Assembly (NCBI GenBank): GCA_010909165.1 | Contig: MU008164.1 | Location: 62,001 to 126,000, forward strand | Source of the DNA: Anthoceros angustus | Taxonomy: Eukaryota > Plantae > Anthocerotophyta | Length of the DNA: 64,000 bases | Reading direction: 5' to 3' | Part shown: in pieces, positions 25,511-37,329 of the stretch | How the letters are laid out: every line of letters begins with the position of its first letter | How positions within the stretch are numbered: position 1 is the first letter of the stretch | The notes under the pieces: model-generated | The model's database searches: none | What the model was told of the DNA's origin: nothing | Seen by the model: the letters and a program-made list of their open reading frames with translations, nothing else | Program-made: the position numbers and the translations under genes

Positions 25511-25855
25511 GAATTTTATTTTAATCCACTAAGGATGACTCTCCGTCATGGGACTTGGTACTTAACAACTTGTACCATGTTGTGCCTAAGCTACTTGCAC
25601 CAAGGGCATCCATTCCCTTTAGGCACCCCATCTAAGTGACTTGGTACTTAACAACTTGTACCATGTTGTGCCTAAGCTACTTGCACCAAGGGCATCCATT
25701 CCTTTAGGCACCCCATCTAAGTGACTTGGTACTTAACAACTTGTACCATGTTGTGCCTAAGCTACTTGCACCAAGGGCATCCATTCCCTTTAGGCACCCC
25801 ATCTAAGTACTGATCTAAGCACAGAATGCTTAATAACAACGTTCTTAAACGTGAA
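25511..25855 (-). mobile_element. Short copy of the structured-tail non-LTR/SINE-like family inserted at the 5' side of the ORF1-like element
   Basis: Tail ccttagtggattaaaataaaattc at the low-coordinate end. The body is homologous to 59040-59227 in opposite orientation. Confidence 0.7.
25552..25808. repeat. Three tandem copies of an 85-86 bp unit
   Basis: Unit gacttggtacttaacaac...aggcaccccatctaagt starts at 25552, 25638 and 25723; copies are nearly identical. Confidence 0.95.
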
Positions 25856-26033
25856 AATAGGTTGCAGAATGTTGTCGAGAAAATGTACTGGGAATCTTAT
25901 CGAGGTTAAAAGTATTTACCTATAGTTACATCATTAGAGTAGTTTCCTATTTTAGTTATAGGAGTAATTTCTCTCTGTACAATAAACACTCATGTTTTTC
26001 TTTCATGTTTGAGTTCGGATTCGGAGGGGGTAG

Positions 26034-26270
26034 ATGCCAGCTCCGGATAGCTTCTTTGGTGCTCGGATGAACTTGACTCCAGTGTGTACGGCAGCTGGTC
26101 GGTTGCAAATGGCTGCGGCTTTGTCGGAGAAGGTTACGCTGCCTTTCTCGCTCTCGGCTTATGTGGGGGCAACAAGCAACCCTGTGCATGTATGCGCTTG
26201 GAGTAATCGAGGTGGGGGCGGTCCATTGGTTAGTGGCGACAAACAGGGATTCCTTTGCATTTGGGACTAA
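26034..26270 (+). pseudogene. Possible C-terminal WD40-repeat gene fragment
   Basis: VHVCAWSNRGGGGPLVSGDKQGFLCIWD* resembles a terminal WD40 blade. No upstream blades are present. Confidence 0.35.
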
Positions 26271-26329
26271 GCATTGCCTGCATCCAGCTGTTTGAGCACG
26301 ATCGCAAGACGTTACAGTGAGCGCTGATG

Positions 26330-26755
26330 TTGAAGGTTAGGGGAACCTGGATCGCACGGTAGGGAACAAGGGCATAGTGCATAGCAGTATGGCCAGGGAC
26401 TAGGGCTACAGTACTTTGAGGACATGAGCAAATAATATGGCATCATTTCCACGGCTGACCACTGCACTTGCATGGTGGATCTACTGGGCCAAGCAGGAGA
26501 ACTTGAAGAAGCTAATCTAGAAAGGAAAATCCATCTATTGTCAAATGCTGTCGTTTGGCACACTCTATTGGGTGCTTGTCGAAAGTGGAGCAACGTCGAG
26601 GTGGGACGCCATGCTTTTGATGAAGCCAGCTAGACAAGACAGATGCTGCAGCACATGTGTTGATGTCAGATGTGGGAGCGAGGACAAGAGAAACAATTAA
26701 AGAGAAAAAGAACCTGGATGGATTGGTCTACAGCTTTTTGGTTGGCCATCCCGGG
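26330..26755 (+). pseudogene. PLS-class PPR gene fragment (last PPR, E and E+ motifs)
   Basis: HCTCMVDLLGQAGELEEA, VVWHTLLGACRKWSNVEVGRHAF and remnants of KKEPG...SFLVGHP, with stops and frameshifts. Confidence 0.75.
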
Positions 26756-28013
26756 AGGATGGAGGGATGAGGATGATGGGGATGGAGGGATGATAATGAT
26801 GAAGTTATGCAGGGATGGGAGTGATGGAGGGGTGAGACAGGTACTTCCAAACTGAAGAATGAAGGAGATGCCTTTGGGCACCAGTTAGATATCCTACGGC
26901 GGGAAGATCAGTTAACTGGCTCTGTGTTGTGATCTATTAAGTCCTGTTTCACAATGTGATGGCCAATGTACAAACTGAAAGATGCCAATAATCATTTGCA
27001 GTTTGAGATCTATAGTTCAAAACTTTAGCAGACGGTTTGTGAGGTCTATGCATAGGATGGAAACCAACTTTGACATGCCAACATTGATCCGATAAATTTT
27101 TGGAGTTCAATGTCCTTTCAACACTTCTTCTTTTGCTGCCAAAGTTAATAACAATCAAGACTTTTAGAAGGCATGCAACTTGTTTACCTCGTACACTTAT
27201 AAATTGCATACAAGAAGCCCTGCAACTCGCCGCACTGGCTGGTGTGGTGGTGACGGCTTTTGCCGGCGCTAATTTTTTGGCTGCAATTTTCTCGGATGTC
27301 GACAATTTTTCCCACCAGATGCGCTTCCGGCTGCGTAGTTTTGAGTGTGGCTAGTGTCCTTCAGGGTTTCTTTGCATTTCTTTTGTTCAGGATTCTTGGC
27401 CTTTTTTTCGCAGAAATTGGTAGGTGTGGGCACTGCTATGGTGGGTTGCCAATGGTGAGGTGGCTGCAACCCCTCTAGGTAGGGCCTCTTGGCCGATATC
27501 TTGGGGTTCGTCATATAGAGCTAAAACTTTATATGTCCGATAATGGCCGAGAACTCTTTGTCCCCGGTACCTGATGCCTGTCCCCGGTACCTCATGCCTC
27601 CTTGGCTCTGACACTCCAAGTTGGTGTTTGCAGTTTATTTTCTCTCTGCCATTTCTTCTCTCTGCAATGGGGCAGTCCATACCTTCACTGACACTCTGTG
27701 GGGCAGTCCACATCTTCTCTTCTCTCTCGGTCAATGACACTCCCTGTCTAGTCTTTTGCTCAACTATCTGGCATTAAGGGGTGAAAACGTCTTTTCTCAA
27801 CCTTAAAAATTATTTTTCTTTTATTTTTATTGATATTGTTCCACGTAGCACATCGAGCACGTGGACGTCCTGGGTTGCAGGTTTCTCATTGGCGCTTCTT
27901 TGCGGAGTTCCGCCATCTGGTTCTGCCATATCCAAACCTTTCCAGGCCAACCCTAGGGGGCTGTCTCTCGTTGAGCTCAGCCCAGGTGACACTTTTGTGT
28001 TGGAATCAACAGT

Positions 28014-29136
28014 ATGCCTGCAATGGCGTTGGCTTTGGCGCCGGGGGCGCGCCTTTGTTACGGGCACCAACTGGAGGCGTGTGCTACGAGCTCTATGTTT
28101 GGGAATGGCGTATGCCTGAGGATGAAATGCGCTGCCAGGACCGTCAAGGAGAGGCAAGGAAATGCGCTTAGGATTTCTAGTCTGTTCGGTGGCGGGAAGA
28201 AGTCCGAAGATGTCGAGAGTGCAGATGAGCAGAAGAAGAAGGTCTGCTACAATGCTTCAGCACATTCTTAGGCAGCGCAATCTAGTGTCAGCTGTGACTG
28301 AGTCGTGGTGCCTGTGCAGGCAGGGCTATTTGGGAACATGCAGGGCTTGTATGAAACGATGAAAAAAGCACAGCAGGTAGTGCAGTCGGAAGCAGTTAAA
28401 GTTCAGAAGGAGCTTGCTGCGTAAGTCATCCACATCCTTCTGTACTTGTGAACTGCCGATCCCTGCAGCGGGATTGTCGGGAGATTCCAGCTATCCAGCT
28501 TTGTGTCCTCCGATTTTGACACACCGATGGCGTGTACAGGAGTTACCTGCATCTGCAGCCTTTCTGTACTTAGAGCTGGTTGAAACTCTCTTTTTGGATG
28601 TTGCAGTGCCGAGTTTGATGGATACTGCGACAATGAGCTTGTGAAGGTACTGCCGTCGGTGCTAGAGCAGCAGTCGGTTCACATGTTGTAGAAAGCATTC
28701 CAAGTTTCAATAGCTCTGTCACCTTTCCTCTGCAGGTCACTCTCTCTGGTAACCAAGAGCCCATCCGCACTGAAATCACCGAAGCTGCCTTGGAGCAAGG
28801 AGCCGAGGTAGCACTTCCACACCTTCCTTCATCCCAGGGGCTCATGGTTGCTTGCTGACACAAGGTGTATCTACGACCAGTTGCATAATCACCGTCTCGG
28901 TTCTTTCCTGATGCAGAAACTCTCGGAGCTGGTCACGCAAGCTTATAAGGACGCTCATACAAAAAGTGTCACGGTATGAATCCACGTCCCTCCCGATTGT
29001 AGCCTTTCCCCTTAGTCTCTTTGCTGAAAACTCTCTTCGCTGAAAACTCTTTTCGTGTCTTCCTCGCTCACTGCAGGCCATGAAAGATCGCATGAAGGAT
29101 CTTGCAGCAAGCCTGGGAATGCCCCCAAACCTTTGA
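28014..29136 (+). CDS. ybaB: Plastid YbaB/EbfC-family nucleoid-associated protein (STIC2-like)
   Basis: Spliced gene: transit-peptide-like N-terminus, LFGGGKK, GLFGNMQGLYETMKKAQQVVQSEAVKVQKEL, EFDGYCDNELVK, VTLSGNQEPIRTEITEAA, AMKDRMKDLAASLGMP, then TGA at 29134-29136. Confidence 0.9.
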
Positions 29137-29576
29137 AGCACGAAGTTTCCAGGATCTGCAATTTTGTATGATAAGCGCTCTGAGAGGCTCCAGAAGCGGG
29201 AGATGATTTGTAGGTCTGGCACCTGCAGCGATTTTTCTGTACAGCAAGGTACGGTGAGCTGTAAAATTTTGCGCCGAACAACCGATAACTATTGCAGCCT
29301 TCGAATGGCTCCTCCAAATAAAGTAGCCTGTCGAAGGCTTGTCAAGTGTGTACATCTGCACTTGCCGTCTCGCCTACTGCCTCCCGACGAGGCTTCTACT
29401 ACACGGTTTTCGGTGATGAACTCCGGAGCTGTCGTTCGGTTCCTTAACCTGCACTTGTCCGGGTAGACACAACTCAACGTGGTGGAGGACGTAATCAAGA
29501 GTGAACTGATCGGCGCGGTCAAGTATTTGATTCGATGCCTCCTGCATTGTGACCTTCCGTTGCGCCGACTTCTGCA

Positions 29577-32462
29577 ATGGTTGGCGGTCTGCATTGCGTT
29601 CCATGGGTTCCGGCACTTTGTTATCCACAACTCAGTCGTGTGCCGGGAAGCACGAGTGTTTCTTCCACCTCTTTTCGATTGTCTGTGAGAGCAGCGTCGT
29701 CGGTTTCCTCCACTTACAGTAAGCTCGAATGATTCCACTTGCGCAAGAAGTGGTTGCTTCCCTTTCCCTTTGTGACTCATTCCTTGATCAGATGAGGAAG
29801 ATGTGGCGAGAAGAATCGCATTGGCTTCTAACATCGGCAGTCTGGACCTGAGCGACTGTGGTGAGCACATTTGGTTTCTGGAGCTGGTTCCTTGCTTCTG
29901 CATCGCTGGCTTCCAACTTTGGGATGGGGGCAGGTCTTCTCGAAGTGCCACCTCAGGTTTTCCAACTTGGCGGCCTTGTTGATCTCTCTCTTGCTGGGAA
30001 CAACATCGACCATTTGCCGGATGATATTCAAAACCTGCGCAATGTAGGAGCCCTTGTCCTGAAGCGAAGTTGATTGTTGACGGTGAGAAACCTCTGACCC
30101 CTGAGTGCAGCTACGCAGACTGGGGCTCGCAGGAAATTTTCTCCAAGAGCTGCCCCCTGCAATTGGAAAGCTGCGGCAACTTGAGGGCCTTTGGGTTCAT
30201 GGCAACACGCTCCAGTCTCTCCCAGATGAGGTGTTTCACCGAACAAGCGAGCACTGGGTTCTGAAGTCCGAAACTTGATGTCCATGCAATGCCTAGAGTT
30301 CTTCGGTCTGGCAGCTCATAGCCACGGTTCTCATTGCAGATTGGTGAGCTTGGGCAGCTGCGAATGTTGGCTCTGGCAGGAAACAAACTGTCTGCTCTTC
30401 CCGAGACCATAGCCGGGCTAGTCAATGTTCAGGTAACTCTGATCGACCTGAGTTGTGGACAAAGCGGGCCAACCATTTCACTCTTCGGAAGTAGTCAAAG
30501 CAATTTGCTCGAACTCCCCGTTGGTTGCAGACTCTGTCAGTTGCAGGCAATCTCCTTGGAGAAATACCTCGCGGTAGGTTCTTGCTGCTTGTCACCCGAG
30601 GTTCAGTGAAGCTCGTTAGCTCACAAGCTCAACCCGGTTAGGTTGGCCTCACGGTGTTGCAGGACTATCATGTCTGCAGAAGCTCCGAGTTTTGGCATTG
30701 TACGGCAACAAACTATCTGCGATGCCAGAAAGCTTGACACAACTGCCCAGTTTGGAGGATCTCTGGCTGCAGGTAAAGCCTTACTCACTTATTGGAGTTG
30801 AAGATCTGATGTGCTGCCTTTCCCCAAGCGTTTCTGATTTCATGTGGACAGGGCAATGATATAGAGCGTTTGCCCACGGACCTTAGCGGCTTGAAGTCCT
30901 TGAGGCAGTTTTCCCTGGCAGACAACATACTTAGCGATCTGCCCGACTCAATTGGCCAGCTTCAGACCCTTGAAACTCTATGGCTGTGAGTCCATGTTGT
31001 GTACTGGGCGCGATGAGGGATTTGGCATTGGTCCCTTACGTCCTAATCACCAAATGTTTGTGCAGATATGGCAACATGTTGCAAAGAATACCACCAAGCC
31101 TTGGATCTCTCCACAAGCTGGCTCACCTCTGGCTGGAGGTAAAATGGAACCTCTCAGTCGCGGTACCCCTTTCCTTTCCTTCTTCTACTCTGAATTCACA
31201 CGTAATAGTGAATGCAGGGCAATCCCCTAGATGCAAGATCCTTGCAAGAGGCATTGCCAGGCTTAGCCCACTTGAAAAACGTTGGTGTCTCCTGTGATAT
31301 CGTAAGTACTCAAGACAAGCCAGGCATGACGCATGAACCTTGGCGTTTCATCGATTGCCCTTGTGATAAGATGTCCAGCTTGTTTCAGGAATCTTCTGAG
31401 AAAAACCTTTCTGTATCGAAAGTTGCTGGAAGTGGTTTGGCTCCATCGTCAGGAGGGTACTTCAAGGTAGTCCAATCAATCACTCTAGCCGGACAAGAAT
31501 CCCTACGTGCAATACTAATTCCTGGAACTCGCTGCAGCTTTACAGCGAAGGGCTCTGCAAAGTCGTCGTGGTCGCTTTCGGCAGTGCTCCCTGTGTGCCA
31601 AATTGGTTAGTTGCCTTGAACAAAAGAAGCTAGATTGAGCTATTTCCACGGTCAGCAACTGGCTTTCATTGATTGCAGGGGGCGTCTGCTTCGAAAAGTG
31701 AGAAAATCCATGGAAGCTGGTGCTGTGGCTCCTTCCTTCGATATTCTGTACGTGGTGGATAGCTGCCGATCCTGGTACACTCACGATAGTTTCCAAAGAC
31801 ATCCGAAGTCGATGGCCTCATCGGAAACGCCAGCAGGACCAAGGATGAAACCCGGCTGGTACTACAGGCAAGAGTTGGAGGCAGCTCTGAAGAATTACGA
31901 CCGGGTGCTCATGCTCGGGGACTCCATGGGTGCAAGTGCAGCTCTTCTTTTCTCAGATCTGGCCACATCAGTCATTGCACTGTGCCCCCAGGTCTGCACT
32001 GCAGCAGCCGTCATGTTGTCTTGGCAGACAGCATACGATGGCTTCATCAAGCAGGTGACCCATGTGCTTTTGTTCAGGTGGACTTGACCACGTCTTCCAT
32101 CAGGCCAGGCGAGGATAAGCCGTGGCTGCAACAGTACAAGGAGGCAATACTGGAGTCTGTCATGTCCTCAGGAGCCAAAATTGCAGTACACTGTGGAAGC
32201 TGGTCACATGACGTGGAGCAGGTGAAGATTCTGCCTTGCAAAAAGGTTGGTTCCTCCACCTAACATCCGTGAAACAACCTGAACACCCCTCCCCAGCTTT
32301 CATGCCAACTGGACTTGAATGTTGCAGGTGGGTGTGGTTGTACACAATGTGGATGATCATCGGCTGGCCAAGGAGCTGGACTCTGCTGGAACCCTGCTTT
32401 TCCTCGTACAACGCGAAATAGAACTGGAAATAAGCCAGTGTGTCGCCAACATCACTCGCTGA
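29577..32462 (+). CDS. LRR protein with C-terminal alpha/beta-hydrolase-like domain, probably plastid-targeted
   Basis: Exon 1 MVGGLHCVPW...SFRLSVRAASSVSS is transit-peptide-like. About 12 bacterial/PIRL-type LRRs follow (LRRLGLAGNFLQELP, LRMLALAGNKLSALP, LETLWLYGNMLQRIP). Then VVVAFGSAP, FDILYVVD, nucleophile elbow LGDSMGASAAL and C-terminal DDHRLAKEL. Splice sites are canonical, and no disruptions were seen in the traced exons. Confidence 0.85.
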
Positions 32463-32590
32463 ATCAACCTCCAAATTTTGATTCACCTTCCAAAATTTGA
32501 AACAGCTCCTTCCGTCTGTCTCATCAGAATGACTGAATGCCGACAAAATTAGCCCCAGAACGCGATATATAGCAAGCAAACCGGATCGGA

Positions 32591-33430
32591 CTAGCTCAAG
32601 TCTCGGATCTTCCGAATGAGGCCCTCTCGACCAGGAAACATCCGATCCAGCTCCGCAGCCGCAGCCTCAGCCGTGAGCCGAGGGCCCTTACTCGACGCCA
32701 CCCGCTCCCGCCTCATCTGCCGCCGCCGAAGCATCTCCTCCCGGAGACTACTCCCGGACTCAGGCTCCGCTTGCACCTGATCCGCATCACCAACGAGGCC
32801 ACTGTATCTTCCTCGAACCGCAGCGTGCATTTCCTGCAGCATCTTCTTACCACCCACCTTCCTCTTTTCCTTCGGCACATCGGGAGCCGCTGCAACCGGG
32901 ATCTGAAACCCAGGCTTCTTCAACCGAGGGATCCGGCCTCCCACGGTTGTCCCGAGCAGCGCAATGTTCACCTTGCTCCAGCCTAGCTGATCATCCAAAT
33001 CCCACCCGAATGCCAAGGCCGGAGCCAGCGCTGAAGACCGCTTCCCCGTCAGCTGCTGCTGCAACATGGCATAACCCTGCCGAGTGTCCATGTGCTTCTC
33101 GATCTGCTCCCACTCCAACCTCTCCCGGTAGACTGGATCCTTGAGCACTTCAACGGCCCGCCCACCCCACTCCGCAAGATCCCCGCTCAGGTTCGTCGAC
33201 ATCCACTTGAGATACCGCGATGGCAGCGTTCCCATCATGCTTCCCCGGAACTTGCCGAATGGAAGCTCCATGTCTCTGGCAGCTGGCGGCTCATTCCTGC
33301 TCCGACCGACAACCTGCAGGCGCATTTGCTGCGGTACCGGCAATGCCTGCATCTCCAGCTTCAAGGATTCAGTCCCCGGCGTGAATGGACGCTGCAATGC
33401 CAGGGCCGCGGCCATTGTTTCTGGCCACAT
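32591..33430 (-). CDS. Single-exon uncharacterised protein with FGK(F/Y)RG..LP..YL.W motif (QSregVF_b/ExoX-C-like module)
   Basis: 279-aa ORF containing RDMELPFGKFRGSMMGTLPSRYLKWMSTNL...DPVYRERLEWE and GWDLDD...WSKVNIALLGTTVGGRIPR. The N-terminus is transit-peptide-like. Confidence 0.75.
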   Translation of the reverse strand: MWPETMAAALALQRPFTPGTESLKLEMQALPVPQQMRLQVVGRSRNEPPAARDMELPFGKFRGSMMGTLPSRYLKWMSTNLSGDLAEWGGRAVEVLKDPVYRERLEWEQIEKHMDTRQGYAMLQQQLTGKRSSALAPALAFGWDLDDQLGWSKVNIALLGTTVGGRIPRLKKPGFQIPVAAAPDVPKEKRKVGGKKMLQEMHAAVRGRYSGLVGDADQVQAEPESGSSLREEMLRRRQMRRERVASSKGPRLTAEAAAAELDRMFPGREGLIRKIRDLS

Positions 33431-33638
33431 TGGGGATCTCCTCCCTCACATCCGCCAAGCCACTTCCTTCGCTGGGTGATGAGCGTGGGGTGTGGGCGAT
33501 CATGCTCTTAACATAACGACCGTTCTGACATAGGAGTACCCTAACACATAAAGGTTAGGCCTCATGTAATGGTTGATTTCTGCGACCTACTATCGCAGAA
33601 ACGAGGGACTTCGCTGCGGCTTGCAATTTCTGTGGCAG

Positions 33639-36093
33639 ATGGGGGAAGGAGGAGATGCAGTGGCGGAGTCTGAGGAGGCGGAGCGTGAAGATGTGAGATT
33701 CTTGGCGGCAATTCGGAGTTCTGGAACGGGATTGCGTGTTTCCCAGGCTGGGGTGGACAATGCAGTTCTGGAGGAGGAGATTGGGAAGACGGAGGACGGA
33801 GCAGGGCTGGATGGAGAAGCTGGTTGTGCAGAAGGCGTGATATTGCAGCGGGTACCTGATGAGGAGCCGTTTCGGCATGAAGCTGTGGTTGAGGCCGCAC
33901 CTGGAGAGGAGGAGGGAGGAGGGATTGTTCTTGAAAGAGTTTCTTTGGAGACGGAGTTCGTGATAAATTCGGAGGCAGAAGCAGAAGCAGAAGCAGAAGC
34001 AGAAGCAGAAGGAGAAGCAGCTGGAGCATGTGATTTAGGTTCAGAGGGGGAATTGGGGAATGCTGATGCTGTTTATGGAGGGAGTGACGGTGGAGAGGTT
34101 TTAGAAGGTGTTATTTTGACTAGATCACCAGCTGATGGAGATTTTATGTCGGAGGTGCTTATAGAACAAGAGAACGGGAAGGATCTCTTCGGCAATCAGA
34201 TCGTCATGGAGAGAGTTGTGGAAGAGCCTTTTCAGATCATTTTAGCTGATGCAGATGGAGGAGCTTCTGCGATGGAGCTGGATAGTACGGTTGACTCAGA
34301 GTTAGGTGGGATTATGGCGGATGAAAAGACTGAGAAGAAGAGACCGAGGGAGGAGACGGAGGAAGTCAGGGAACCAGCGGACGTGGAAGGTACTTCGAGT
34401 CTTCGTTGCATGGGTGTAGGGAGGAGATCTTTTGATGGTGCAGAGGTGACTGATGATGTTGTTGTTCTCGTGCAGAGACGGTAGTGGATGCTAGTACAGG
34501 GGGACAAGATGATTTAGGTGATGGTGAGAGCGATTCAAGAAAGAGAGTGAAACAACACGCAACTGAGATAAATGGCAGTGCGTCGAAGGACAACAGGGTT
34601 CAGATGCCCGAGAATGGAAGTTGCGCACAGGGGGGAAAGACGGATATAGTTTCTCCTGATGGGGGTGCCAATAAAGGTGAGCAAGCAAAATGCACGCCAC
34701 GAAGGTTCAAGAAACGGAAGGTTGCTCTAATTGTTGCGTACAGTGGAGTTGGGTATCAAGGCATGCAGAGAAACCCTGGTGCCATCACTATAGAAGGCGA
34801 ATTGGAAGAGGCTCTTTTCAGAGCGGGTGCAATTGCTGAGAGTAATTTTGGAGATCCTAAAAAGGTTGACTGGATGAGAGCTGCACGAACCGACAAGGGT
34901 GTCAGTGCTGTTGGCCAGGTAGTTTCAGGGAAGTTCTTCATCGATCCTCCAGGGCTTGTGGAGAGAGTAAATAGTCATCTCCCTAAGCAGATTCGGGTTC
35001 TGGGATACAAGAGGGTGATCCACACGTTCAGTGCCAAGAATCTTTGTGACCGGAGAAGGTATGAGTATGTCCTTCCCGTTTTTGCTTTTGACCCCCGAGT
35101 TCATCAGTACAGGGAAAATGGGTCGGTGGATGAAAAGGGGTTGGTTCAAGATGCAGCACATGGGAGTGTGGAATCCACTCAAAATGGAGCTGCACCTGTG
35201 CACGTTGATCCAAAAGAGTTGAAGATAGCTGCGGTGAACGGTTCAGCAGAGATTGGAGGTTCCGACTGTTCAGAGCCCAAGACATCATTGGCAGTGACAG
35301 CTGCTCTTGCCCCGGAAGGTGGCTCTACTGTTCTGCAGGTAGCTAAGGCAGAGCTGGGGACTGCTGAGGTTGATCAGCTTGGTGCTCCTCTTAGCCAGTC
35401 GAATGGCATGACATGCAGCCAGGAGAGGTCTTTCAAGTTTGATGAAGAAGTGCGCAACCGGCTCAACTCGGTACTCCAGAACTATATGGGAACGCATAAT
35501 TTTCACAACTTCACTTCTCGCACCAAGGCAGAGGATCCAAGTGCTCGAAGATATATTGTATCATTTGAGGCCGATAAGGTGTTCGAGGTTGATGGGTTGG
35601 AGTTTGTTAGCTGTGTTGTTGTAGGACAAAGTTTCATGCTTCATCAAATACGGAAAATGATAGGGCTGGCAGTGGCAGTTATGCGCAACTGCGTACCTAC
35701 CTCTGTTTTTGAAACCGCACTGAGCAAGTAAGTCGTTCGTGCTTTGTTAGCGGGAGTCATGCTACTCTCAGGATTTCTTCAGTGTTGTTTAGGCGCTGAC
35801 TTTCTATTTTTGTGTCTCACAGAGATGTCAACTTCAATGTACCAATGGCTCCAGAGGTTGGCTTGTTTCTAGATGAGTGTATGTACCCAGCTTACAACTC
35901 ACGATTCTATGGGACTCACGAGGAGGTCTCTTTGAAGGATTACAGGAAGGAGATCGATGACTTCAAGCAAGAGTTTATCTACAAGCAAATTGCGAGAGCC
36001 GAAGTCGAGGATCGAGTGGTTGCTTTGTGGCTTCACTCGTTAAACGACCGTAACTTTCCACATTTTGTTTCAGCAAGAGAACAGGGATCATAG
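33639..36093 (+). CDS. PUS1: tRNA pseudouridine synthase PUS1/TruA family with long acidic N-terminal extension
   Basis: Exons 33639-34389, 34476-~35728 and ~35824-36093. Motifs: KRKVALIVAYSGVGYQGMQRNPG, catalytic RAARTDKGVSAVGQ, CDRRRYEYVLP, GTHNFHNFT, GQSFMLHQIRKMIG, MAPEVGLFLDEC. Confidence 0.88.
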
Positions 36094-37329
36094 CTTGGCA
36101 AGGAGATGGTACATAGTCATGTAAATGACTGCAGCAGCTTGGCAGCATATGCTGCCCAGCCCAGCTACTAGGGGCTAACATTTTGAAAGGCCATGCACCG
36201 AGGTGGTTTCTCAAGAACTAGAGCTGTCCGAGTCGTTCTTCCAATGTCGGACGGGGGTGACATAAAGTCTGTTGCTCATCCCCAGTTTTGCTCTGTTCGA
36301 ATCCGAAAGAGAACGTGAACCTCCGTTTACATATCCGGAGGATGAATTTGACTCCTGATACCAAATTATCAGGTTCGGGACACTCTAAGCTTTTAAAGAG
36401 TTCTGTTTTCTTTCAATGGAACATGTGTTCCGAAGGAGTTAGGTGAGTGCGATGTGGTCCCGCGACCCATTCGGTACTTCAAACCACTTCGGTCATCGGA
36501 ATTTGGTTCCCACGTGTGAATCGGTCAATCTCACACTGGGAGTTGGTTCCTACATCGGTTTCACCATGTGACCTCACTCTCGGTGACGGTTCGTAGGAAC
36601 CGACTAAGTGGCCTTGACGAGACTACACCCTACATCCGGATTTAGAGTTTAGGGTCTGTTGCTGGATCGCGAGCAACACACTTTTGTGTCCACTCAGTCT
36701 TGCTGAATCGGGAGTACTGAAAAGTAGGAGAACGGTACCACGCCGCGTGTAAAGAAGCCTATAGTAAGTTCTCTTCTGCACGCCAAGCGGGAATGGGGAC
36801 TAGGGTTGGTTCCCTTGTTCATGGACGAAAGACCTGGCCCGGCAGCAGAGATGCCCTTGCTGTTCACATCAACCCTGTTCATGTTAATACCGATCGCCAC
36901 ATGAGGAAGACACATCCACGAATCAATGCATGTACACTACTCAATCTGCTTCTCGCAATACAATCTCGCGGTTCTCAAGAAGTGACAGGAGCTACTGGGA
37001 TCTTCGAGGACAGTTGATGGTATGAAGATTTGTTTCAACTTCCTGTCTCGCGGCCTCTACTCCATGGCCTCTCACTCCGAGGCTCAGCTTGTCTACAGAA
37101 GCAAACGAAGCAGCCTGTCAAGGAGGCTGGCAAGACATTCAAAGTCTGCTAGCGCCGTTTACAGGCCCCAGCAGGTACAGCTGAATGCACACCTGGCCAC
37201 GGGGCTGACTGCCTCACCTTCGTGCTTGACGAAGCCACTAAAACACCTCCAGAACAGCCAAAGAGCAAACTGCCACGCAATGACTATTTCCATGTCTCCT
37301 GGTTGTCATTGAGCAGGGAAATGCAGATA

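Noticed and set aside
25552-25808. Hammerhead ribozyme/retrozyme in the 86-bp units
   Set aside because: No CUGANGA/GAAA core on either strand.
26949-27514. ORFs of 70-118 aa on both strands
   Set aside because: No motif recognised; probably intergenic or decayed sequence.
36400-36660. Possible structured ncRNA or telomerase-RNA-like locus (USE-like ttcctacatcgg, short hairpin, tttagggt)
   Set aside because: The USE match has two mismatches with no TATA at the expected spacing, and no conserved snRNA or TR motifs were found.
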